Shown: piece after piece, positions 35,702 to 42,877 of the stretch
Numbering within the stretch: the first letter of the stretch is position 1
How the letters are laid out: each line of letters opens with the position of its first letter
Assembly (NCBI GenBank): GCA_046758745.1
Contig: JBHIAV010000025.1
Location: forward strand, 1 to 42,877
Direction of reading: 5' to 3'
Origin: Gemmatimonadota bacterium
GTDB taxonomy: Bacteria > Gemmatimonadota > Gemmatimonadetes > Palauibacterales > Palauibacteraceae
DNA: 42,877 nt
The notes under the pieces: model-generated
Database searches by the model: none
Told to the model about the DNA's origin: nothing
Seen by the model: the letters and a program-made list of their open reading frames with translations, nothing else
Translations under genes and position numbers: made by a program

Positions 35702-37117
35702 ATGCCCGAGCAGATCGGCTTTCTCGAGCAGGTGAACCGGGCCTTCAACCGGGCAGCGGCCCTCACCGACCATCCATCGGGCCTCCTCACGCAGATCCGC
35801 GAGGCCAACAGCGTCTATCACCTCTCCTTCCCGATCGAGCGTGACGACGGGTCGCTCGATGTGATCCACGCGTGGCGTGCCGAGCACAGCCATCACAAGC
35901 TGCCGACCAAGGGCGGCGTCCGCTTCAGCCTGCTGGTGAACGAGGATGAGGTTCGCGCGCTGGCCGCGCTCATGACCTACAAGTGCGCGGTCGTGGATGT
36001 GCCGTTCGGAGGTGCCAAAGGGGGGATACGGATCGATCGCCGCGCGTACTCCACCGGGGAGCTCGAGAGAATCACCCGCCGCTACACGTACGAGCTGGTC
36101 AGGAAGCGTTTCATCGGGCCCGGGATCGATGTGCCCGCTCCCGATTACGGGACCGGCGGGCAGGAGATGGCGTGGATCCTAAGCACCTTCGCTTCCCTCT
36201 CCGCCGGAGAGCTGAACGTCGAGGCATGTGTCACCGGCAAGCCCATCGGCCTGGGGGGAGTCCGCGGCCGCGTGGAAGCGACCGGCCGGGGCGTGTTCTT
36301 CGGGATCCGCCAGGCATGCGAGTCCGCCGAGGAGATGAAGCCGCTCGGTCTCTCTCCGGGCCTCAGCGGGAAGCGGGTGGTGGTTCAGGGGCTGGGAAAC
36401 GTCGGCTACCACGCCGCGAAGTACCTGCAGGAGGGAGGCGCCGTGCTCGTCGGCCTGGCCGAGTATGAAGGAGCGATCGCCAACCCCGGCGGGCTCGACC
36501 TCGAGAAGGTCGTCGAGCATCGCCGCGAGGCCGGATCGATCCTGGATTTCCCGGATGCCACGAACCTGCCGAACTCGGCGGCCGCCCTCGAGCTGGAATG
36601 CGATATCCTCGTCCCCGCTGCGCTGGAGAACCAGATCACGCGGGAGAACGCCCCGCGCATCGAAGCCAAGATCGTCGCGGAGGCGGCGAACGGCCCGACG
36701 ACCGCCGAGGCGGACGAGATCCTGGGAGAGCGGGGGGTTCTGGTCATCCCAGATATCTACCTTAACGCTGGTGGGGTTACGGTCTCCTACTTCGAGTGGA
36801 TCAAGAACCTCTCCCACATCCGATTCGGGCGCCTTGAGAAGAGGTCCCAGGAGATCGCCTATCGGCGCTTCTTTCAGGCCATTCAGGATTTGACCGGCAA
36901 GACGTTCGGCGGCACGGAGCTCGGGGCGCTCACGCAGGGGGCGAGCGAGGAGGATCTCGTGAACTCGGGTCTGGAGGAGACGATGGCGCTCACCTACCGC
37001 GAGATCGCGGAGACGAAGAGGAAACACGGGGAGAAGGCCGACCTGCGTACGGCCACCCTCATCTCGGCCATCGACAAGATCGCCGTCTGCTACCTAAGAC
37101 TCGGCATCTTCCCCTAG
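35702..37117 (+). CDS. gdhA: Glutamate dehydrogenase (Glu/Leu/Phe/Val dehydrogenase family)
   Basis: PTKGGVRF, MTYKCA..DVPFGGAKGG, DVPAPD, EATGRG, QGLGNVG, EAANGP, NAGGVTVSYFEW. Confidence 0.93.
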   Translation: MPEQIGFLEQVNRAFNRAAALTDHPSGLLTQIREANSVYHLSFPIERDDGSLDVIHAWRAEHSHHKLPTKGGVRFSLLVNEDEVRALAALMTYKCAVVDVPFGGAKGGIRIDRRAYSTGELERITRRYTYELVRKRFIGPGIDVPAPDYGTGGQEMAWILSTFASLSAGELNVEACVTGKPIGLGGVRGRVEATGRGVFFGIRQACESAEEMKPLGLSPGLSGKRVVVQGLGNVGYHAAKYLQEGGAVLVGLAEYEGAIANPGGLDLEKVVEHRREAGSILDFPDATNLPNSAAALELECDILVPAALENQITRENAPRIEAKIVAEAANGPTTAEADEILGERGVLVIPDIYLNAGGVTVSYFEWIKNLSHIRFGRLEKRSQEIAYRRFFQAIQDLTGKTFGGTELGALTQGASEEDLVNSGLEETMALTYREIAETKRKHGEKADLRTATLISAIDKIAVCYLRLGIFP

Positions 37118-37180
37118 GACGGGTCGCGGAGCCGCATCGAACGGCCCGCGGAGGAGGGCGAACCCGAACGCCGCTGGCGT

Positions 37181-37561
37181 CTAGCTGCCCTCTCGCTCGA
37201 GCTCGACTCGCCACCAGGCACGCGGCTCGAAGGAGCGTTGCGCCGGCGGCGGGACCTCGCCCTCGCCCGACGGTTCCGGGCCGGCTCGCACACCGAGGCT
37301 GTCCGAGCGGCCGGCGGTGGCGTAGTCGCGCTCGCCGCGCGTCTGCGCCAGCCTTCCGTGTGCCGTCGAATCCCTATCGCGCCGGAGCAGATCGCGAACG
37401 CTCACCAGGTGCAGCCCATAGAGGCCCAGGATGATCGCCGAGAAGGCGAGGGCGTCGCTTCCGTTCAGCCGGGCTACGGTCGCCGCGGCGACCGCGACCG
37501 CGGTGATCGCGACCAGGTAGTGGACGCTTGCCAGGGAGTCGAGCCGTCTCCGTTCAACCAT
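37181..37561 (-). CDS. Hypothetical membrane protein (126 aa)
   Basis: GAGAGGA RBS before the ATG; two hydrophobic segments then a charged tail; no family recognised. Confidence 0.55.
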   Translation of the reverse strand: MVERRRLDSLASVHYLVAITAVAVAAATVARLNGSDALAFSAIILGLYGLHLVSVRDLLRRDRDSTAHGRLAQTRGERDYATAGRSDSLGVRAGPEPSGEGEVPPPAQRSFEPRAWWRVELEREGS

Positions 37562-37629
37562 GACGAATCCTCTCGCCGTGATGACTCCTCTCAGTCATGA
37601 CGAATCCTCTCAGCCACGACGAATGCTGT
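37559..37629. repeat. ~19-bp tandem repeat, 4 units, overlapping the start of the 37181-37561 ORF
   Basis: CATGACGAATCCTCTCGC / CGTGATGACTCCTCTCAGT / CATGACGAATCCTCTCAGC / CACGACGAATGCTGT. Confidence 0.8.
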
Positions 37630-38104
37630 GTGGGCGCGAAGGCGGTCCGTGATTCCGCCGCCGGCCATCGGGCCGGCGACGGGACCGGCCCGGAGCCTTG
37701 GATCCCAGACGCGCGGGTCTCGCGCCGTCCGCAGTCAATACGGACGAAGCGCGTTGTTCTTGCAAGATTAGGTCCGCAGTTCGCCTCACCGGGCGCATCT
37801 GCCCGCCGGACACGAAGTTACCTTGCTAGGCGCATGGATTCCGGCTCCCGGCACCGTCGCCGAGCGACGACAGCGCCGTCGCAAGGAGCGGCCGGCGGCG
37901 ATCGGGAGACCGCCAGCTCACGGATGACCGGGCCGGGGATCGGCCGCAGGCGCCTGTGCGGCGCCCCCCCGGCACTCGCCGGCCCGCTCCCCCCACCCGG
38001 GGAATCTCCCCACCGGAGCCGAGCGAGGGCGAGGTCTTGCCCGAGAGGGTCGCGCCACCTAGCGTGAGCCGATCACGATCCTCTGAATCGGGCGCTACGG
38101 GACG

Positions 38105-38443
38105 GTGCGCTTCCTTCTACTCCTCATCCTGATCGCATGCGGCTTTTATGCCGTCGTCGCGCTCAGTCTGTACGGGAGCACCTCGCCATGCGAGATGCTC
38201 CGGGAGGAGATCGCTGAGATGTCGGTGGTGGCGGCGGAACAACGCTCGATCGATCGCGCCGGGGCGGGGCTGAGGCAGAAGGAGCGGGATGCGGTGAGAG
38301 AACGCGCGCGAAGGACGGCCGAGGCTCGTATCCGCGCCCGCGAGCTTACGCCGCTCCCCTGTCTGCGGAAGCTCTGGACCCTGAAGCGGCAGGGTCCGGA
38401 GGCAGCAGGCGTGCGCGACCTCCTGCCCGACGAAGTGCCATAG
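38105..38443 (+). CDS. Hypothetical protein with N-terminal membrane anchor (112 aa)
   Basis: MRFLLLLILIACGFYAVVALSLY followed by a helical charged domain containing SPC and LPC; no family recognised. Confidence 0.55.
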   Translation: MRFLLLLILIACGFYAVVALSLYGSTSPCEMLREEIAEMSVVAAEQRSIDRAGAGLRQKERDAVRERARRTAEARIRARELTPLPCLRKLWTLKRQGPEAAGVRDLLPDEVP

Positions 38444-38498
38444 CCTCCGCGTAGCCTCCGACCGAGGCGCTCCCACCCTCGACGGGCCAGCGCAGCAT

Positions 38499-39317
38499 CT
38501 AATCGGGCACGCCGGCCCCTGATCGAGCACCGTCGCCTCCGACCGAGCACGCCAGGCTCCAATCGTAGGGCTGGAAGACGATTCTCGGCCGGGCCCGGGT
38601 GATCCAGTCGCTCGTCTCCTCGGCGAGCCACTTCCTCAGACTGAGAGCTACGGCCCGCCGTCTCACCGGTCTCCACCCGGCCATCTTGCTCGGGTGCACG
38701 AAGTCGCTCCCGTACCAGAGGAAGATGCGCGACAGGCCCAGCTCGTTTCGCTCCCGGTCCGCCACGGCCCCTCCGGCTGCGAGGAACCGGCACATCTGGT
38801 CGTGGAGCTGAGCCTCGATGCGCTCTCCCACATAGGGTTCGGCCCGCAGGGTCGGGCAGGACGCGGACCCGCAAACGAGCGCCGCGTGAACCCGAGGATC
38901 CTTGAAGCGGCGAACCTTTCCGTGCTCAATGTCATCCAGGGAGAGAGGCTCCCCCGCTATCGTGACTCGCGGTGCGTCCAACGATCCCGCCAGCTCGAAC
39001 ACGGATCCCTTTGCCTCGCGGTGAGCGTCGAGGGCGAGGGCGAGTATCTCGGCGTTGTACAGGTTGATCCAGTACGCGAGCGCGTCGTTCCGGGTGAGGG
39101 CGTCCGGGTCGACCGGGCGAAGAGATCGCCGATACGCGTCGAGCCGGGGGCGAACCTTCTGGAGGGCGCCGAGCCCTCCCCGATCCACGGCGTCGAGCGC
39201 GGCCTTCAGCTCCGAGTGGTCGAACCGTCCGGTGCCCCTCGGCATCGGACTTCTTCGCCGCAGAGCGCGCACCATCGATCGAAGCGTCCTCACCGGATCC
39301 GGAACCGCTGCGCTCAT
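38499..39317 (-). CDS. DUF547 domain protein
   Basis: LAYWINLYNA, LSLDDIEH, DPRVHAALVCGSASCP.L, LSRIFLWY..DF, YDWSL. Confidence 0.88.
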   Translation of the reverse strand: MSAAVPDPVRTLRSMVRALRRRSPMPRGTGRFDHSELKAALDAVDRGGLGALQKVRPRLDAYRRSLRPVDPDALTRNDALAYWINLYNAEILALALDAHREAKGSVFELAGSLDAPRVTIAGEPLSLDDIEHGKVRRFKDPRVHAALVCGSASCPTLRAEPYVGERIEAQLHDQMCRFLAAGGAVADRERNELGLSRIFLWYGSDFVHPSKMAGWRPVRRRAVALSLRKWLAEETSDWITRARPRIVFQPYDWSLACSVGGDGARSGAGVPD

Positions 39318-39487
39318 GCCTTGGCAACGAGAAGGCTTCCCTCGGAGTTCCGGGTCGCCCGACCGTCAATAAGCAGCTCCGCTTCGGCGGGTTCGCAGGA
39401 CCGAGGACCGCCTACCTCCCAGGCATGGACGAGAACAACCGCCGGCCGCACGGAGCCTCGTCCCGCACGCGGGACGGGTGCCGGATC

Positions 39488-41071
39488 TCAGGCGCGGAGG
39501 ATCGCCGGTCCGCAGCCCCGGAGGATCTCGCGAGCAGCGTTCAGCCCGCATGCCCCCATTACGCCTCCGCCGGGATGCGTCGCGGCCCCGCACAGGTAGA
39601 GGCCGCGGATGGGCGTCCGATAGCCGACCCGCAGTGGACCCATCTGGTCGAGGTTCATCGCCCCCTGCATGATGTTGCCGCCGGTAAGGCCGTACACCCG
39701 CTCCAGGTCCGGCGGCGCGAGAACCTGCCGGTGCAGGACCAGCTCCCTGAAGTCCGGCGCGTACCGCGCCACGATGTCCAGGCACCGGTCGGCGAACTCC
39801 TCCTTCCGCTTCTCGTCCCAGCTTCCGTTGGCGAGGCGATACGGCGCGTACTGGACGAACATCGATGCGATGTGCTTTCCGGGCGGGGCGAGGGTGTCAT
39901 CCACGACAGTCGGGATGGTGATCTCGAGCACGGGCTCCCGGCTGGGGAAACCGTACTTCGCATCGTCGAACGCCCGCTCGATGTATTCGAGCGCGGGTGC
40001 GATGTGGATCGTCCCGCGGAGCGCTATCGCCGGATCGATGTCGCCGGTGTCGAAGCTGGGAAGGCCATCGAGCGCCAGGTTGATCTTCAGGCTGGCCGAG
40101 GCGTAGTCGATCGCCGAGATCCGGGCGGCGTAATCCTCCGGCAATCGGTCGAGCCCTACCAGTCGCGCGAACGTCTGGTGCGCGTCGAGGCTCGAGGCGA
40201 CCACCGCCGCGGAAAGGTACGCTCCACCGGCGAGCGAGACGCCACGCACCCGCCCGTCGGCGACGTCGATCGCGGTCACCTCGGCCTCCCGGCGTATCTC
40301 GACTCCCAGCCGCCCGCACGTTCCTGCCAGCGCATCGGCCAGCCCCCCCATCCCACCCCGCACGTAGCCCCACGCGCCGCGCCCGCCGCCTGCCTCCCCC
40401 ATCACGTGATGAAGCAGGACGTAGGCGCTGCCCGGCGCCGACGGGGGGAGGAAGGCGCCGATCACCGCGTCCGTGGCGAACGTCGCCTTGAGCACCTCCG
40501 ACTCGAACCATCGGTCGAGGATCGACGTCGCGGCGCCGCTGAGCAGCGCCATCGCCGAATGAAGATCGGCTCCGAGCCCCTTCACCGCCCGATACAGCCG
40601 ACGCCATCTCGGAAGGTCCCGAACCCGAGGAGGCAGCTCCGGCAGCGGGTCGACGAACTGCGCCTCGATGGCCCCGGCCACCCGATCCAGAAACGCCACA
40701 TACCTACCATACGCGTCCGCGTCCCGGGCTGAGAATTTGGCGATCTCCCTCTGGTTCGACACGGCGTCCGCGCCGAGCAGGAGGCAGCCGCCGCCGGGGA
40801 GCGGGGTGAACGAAGACGGATCGCGCGGGAGGATCTCGAGGCCGTTCTCACGCAGTTGGAGCTCGCGGATGATGCGCGGCAGGAGGAGGCTGATCACGTA
40901 GGCGGCCGGGGAGACTCGGAAGCCGGGCCACAGCTCCTCCGTCGAGCAGCAGCCGCCCAGGACGTGGCGTCGCTCGAGCACGCAGACGCGGCGTCCGGCG
41001 CGCGCCACATACGCGGCGGCGACAAGACCGTTGTGCCCGCCCCCGATGATCAGACAGTCAAAGCCGGCCAT
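39488..41071 (-). CDS. FAD-dependent oxidoreductase, phytoene-desaturase/PYROXD2-like
   Basis: IIGGGHNGLVAAAY, LERR..LGG, GSAYVLLHH.MGE, GGMG, GLTGGNIMQG, LYLCGAATHPGGGV.G..G.NAA; ATG at 41071. Confidence 0.9.
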   Translation of the reverse strand: MAGFDCLIIGGGHNGLVAAAYVARAGRRVCVLERRHVLGGCCSTEELWPGFRVSPAAYVISLLLPRIIRELQLRENGLEILPRDPSSFTPLPGGGCLLLGADAVSNQREIAKFSARDADAYGRYVAFLDRVAGAIEAQFVDPLPELPPRVRDLPRWRRLYRAVKGLGADLHSAMALLSGAATSILDRWFESEVLKATFATDAVIGAFLPPSAPGSAYVLLHHVMGEAGGGRGAWGYVRGGMGGLADALAGTCGRLGVEIRREAEVTAIDVADGRVRGVSLAGGAYLSAAVVASSLDAHQTFARLVGLDRLPEDYAARISAIDYASASLKINLALDGLPSFDTGDIDPAIALRGTIHIAPALEYIERAFDDAKYGFPSREPVLEITIPTVVDDTLAPPGKHIASMFVQYAPYRLANGSWDEKRKEEFADRCLDIVARYAPDFRELVLHRQVLAPPDLERVYGLTGGNIMQGAMNLDQMGPLRVGYRTPIRGLYLCGAATHPGGGVMGACGLNAAREILRGCGPAILRA

Positions 41072-41270
41072 TCCGGGACCTACGTCCGACGGCTCACGGG
41101 AAGTGATGGCGATCGATCGGTGAGCGACGACGTCCCGATCACCGCCCGATGAGCGTGAGGCGCCGCGCGGGTCGAACACGCGGCGTGGCGCGCCGACCCT
41201 CGTCGTCCACCAGGTCAGCTAGACAGCCTGCTCCTTCCAAGAGGATGAGGCCAAGGAGCCCGGCCTCCCC

Positions 41271-41819
41271 CTATATCTCGGCGCTCGGCTGCTCCACGGT
41301 CGGGGCCGGCGCCTTCGTAAGCGCGGCGCCCAGCTTGCCCGAGGCAGTGCCGAACAGGGCTCCTATCGCCATGGAGATCGCCACCGCGATGAGGGCGTTG
41401 TCCATGCCACCCGACAGCAGCGCTCCCCGATCCAAGGAGCCGGGCGTCAGCAAGAGGAAGGCGAAGGCGGCGGCGTACCCGTACACGCTGGCCGGAATCG
41501 ACGAGAAAGCCTGAATCTTCGCGGCGAGACACAACCCGAAGACGGTGATGCCGACTACGATTCCTGCCCAGACCGGCAACGGAAGCGCCTCACCGAGAGG
41601 TAAGGACAGAATGAGGGCCGCGATCCACGCAACGAAAGCGCCGAACACGTTGCCGACGATCGTCTTCCTTAGCGCGGCCCCATCCCCGCCTTCGTGGAAG
41701 AAACAGGCCCAGCCGAGGAACGCGGCCCAAATCAGGAGGCCGCCGATCAAGAGAAAGAGCCAGGTGGCGATCCCACCGAGAACACCGATGCTCAACGAGA
41801 GGGCCGTCAGCTGCGACAT
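41271..41819 (-). CDS. DUF1097 family inner-membrane protein
   Basis: ALSLSIGVLGG, IWAAFLGWACFF..GG, IPASVYGYAA.F; highly hydrophobic; AAGGAG RBS. Confidence 0.8.
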   Translation of the reverse strand: MSQLTALSLSIGVLGGIATWLFLLIGGLLIWAAFLGWACFFHEGGDGAALRKTIVGNVFGAFVAWIAALILSLPLGEALPLPVWAGIVVGITVFGLCLAAKIQAFSSIPASVYGYAAAFAFLLLTPGSLDRGALLSGGMDNALIAVAISMAIGALFGTASGKLGAALTKAPAPTVEQPSAEI

Positions 41820-42197
41820 CGGGCTACTCCTTGTGGGGGTTACGAGATAGTGGACGTGGTTGGGATGGGGAGTGTCCGACGACGACTCGGAAGGGAGAGT
41901 CGACAGAATACCAAGGCAGGAGGGGCCGACAGCACGGAGGAAGAGTGCAATGCGCAGTGTGCACAGCTTGAGCCTCGGAAGCGGGGTGGCACAGGGTCCG
42001 CTTCATCATATAACAATTTAGTCGATCCGGCCCGGCGGCGCACGCCTCGCGGTGGACGCCCGGTCCATCCTCCGAGCAACGCCGAGGCGGGGGTTTGCGT
42101 GCGGCTCAATGCGTGGCATCATGAGGATGCGTTGCCGAGGCCGTTCCTGACCATTACCTCCCGGGTTCCGAGAACCTTCACGCCGACGTTTGGGACC

Positions 42198-42779
42198 ATG
42201 AACACACCGGCGGCGGGTCTGTTGGTCTTGCTGCTCCTGACTGCGGCCGCCTGCACAGGACACCGCCCTCCCCCTATGGTCACGCCTCCGGGGGCCGGTC
42301 TCGCGTATGTCGCCGTGGACGTGCCCGAAGTCATCTGGACCGAACCCGCCGTCCGCATGCTCCGAGGTCTTTTCCGAGACGGATCCTACCCACGGGCATG
42401 CGTGATTGCGACAGTGTACCGGTTGGCCGGCTCGATAAGTGAAAGCCCCCGATATCGGACTCGCACGAGGTGGCTTGTCATGGCCGCTACCGGCACGCTT
42501 GAAGACGCCTCAACAGCCTGCCGTCTGCCTGGCGAGCACGGCCTCGTCCTGTTCGTCCGGCAGGAGACAGACCGCAAATATCTAGAGGTCATTTGCCGTA
42601 CGGTGCTCTCAGAGCGCCTCGATCTCGGGTTCGTACACGCCGTGACCGGGTTCTCTTTCGGTTCGACCGCTGGGGGACGGATCGGAGACCTGTTGCCCGA
42701 CGGAATCGGGAGGGTGCGGCTCACACCGTGGGGGCGGTGCGAGTTCAGCGACGTGTGCGACTGGAGCCCCAGGTCCTGA
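42198..42779 (+). CDS. Hypothetical lipoprotein
   Basis: ATG at 42198; hydrophobic stretch ending in a lipobox-like TAAA-C; several Cys; no family recognised. Confidence 0.55.
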   Translation: MNTPAAGLLVLLLLTAAACTGHRPPPMVTPPGAGLAYVAVDVPEVIWTEPAVRMLRGLFRDGSYPRACVIATVYRLAGSISESPRYRTRTRWLVMAATGTLEDASTACRLPGEHGLVLFVRQETDRKYLEVICRTVLSERLDLGFVHAVTGFSFGSTAGGRIGDLLPDGIGRVRLTPWGRCEFSDVCDWSPRS

Positions 42780-42790
42780 AGTCGTCACGG

Positions 42791-42822
42791 CTGTGCGAGA
42801 GCTTCTTCGCCACGCTCGAGTG
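42791..42822 (+). mobile_element. Micro-remnant of an IS3-family transposase
   Basis: CTG TGC GAG AGC TTC TTC GCC ACG CTC GAG = LCESFFATLE, matching the DDE-domain E motif of IS3-family OrfB (NA.CESFFATLE); flanks do not continue the match. Confidence 0.5.
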
Positions 42823-42877
42823 GCCTCACGGCATGAAGGACGCCCTCCGATCGTTGCCTGGGTGGGTCGTCAGGTGT

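Noticed and set aside
23252-37629. CRISPR array (repeat clusters at 23252, 33047, 35398, 37559)
   Set aside because: The repeats are directly tandem or have only two copies, there are no unique spacers of uniform length, and no cas genes.
39488-41071. Carotenoid biosynthesis crtI
   Set aside because: No other crt genes are present, and the motifs fit the broader PYROXD2-like oxidoreductase group.
41987-42002. Sigma54 promoter TGGCACAGGGTCCGCT (and TGGCACGGCCGGAGC at 35575)
   Set aside because: GG-N10-GC spacing is right, but the -12 element lacks the TT of TTGC; such matches are expected by chance in GC-rich DNA, and no enhancer-binding protein is nearby.
37117-42877. Integron cassettes (small orphan ORFs with attC sites)
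   Set aside because: No RYYYAAC...GTTRRRY-bounded palindromes were found after these ORFs, their orientations are mixed, and they are 37 kb from the integrase.

Overview
GC-rich bacterial chromosomal DNA, probably Gemmatimonadota (inferred only from gene order and protein style). The left part (1-18 kb) is housekeeping, almost all on the minus strand: a DEAD-box helicase, secD-secF-tatD, DUF47 plus a Pit phosphate transporter, mutL-miaA-bshA-uppP-nadC-birA-coaX, and groES-groEL under a clear CIRCE/sigma70 promoter. At the extreme left edge, missed by the ORF track, is the N-terminal part of an integron-type (IntI-like) tyrosine recombinase that appears to be interrupted. The right part (18.5-42.9 kb) is an accessory nitrogen/heterocycle catabolism region. 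It holds a ThDP decarboxylase resembling cyanobacterial 2-oxoglutarate decarboxylase, an aldehyde dehydrogenase and an NCS2 permease on the plus strand. These converge on a minus-strand operon of molybdenum hydroxylase (S-L-M), NCS1 permease, malonyl-CoA-synthetase-like ligase, cyclase-family metal hydrolase and amidase-signature enzyme. Beyond it are a GGT-like Ntn hydrolase, a secreted SnoaL/DUF4440 protein, glutamate dehydrogenase, DUF547, a phytoene-desaturase-like oxidoreductase, DUF1097 and small orphans. The best candidate for an undescribed system is the minus-strand operon. It reads like an oxidative pyrimidine (uracil/thymine to barbiturate to malonate) pathway in which a cyclase and an amidase replace barbiturase and ureidomalonase. 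This is a hypothesis from gene content, not a demonstrated function. No rRNA, tRNA or CRISPR array was seen. Family assignments are from recognised motifs; no database searches were run.
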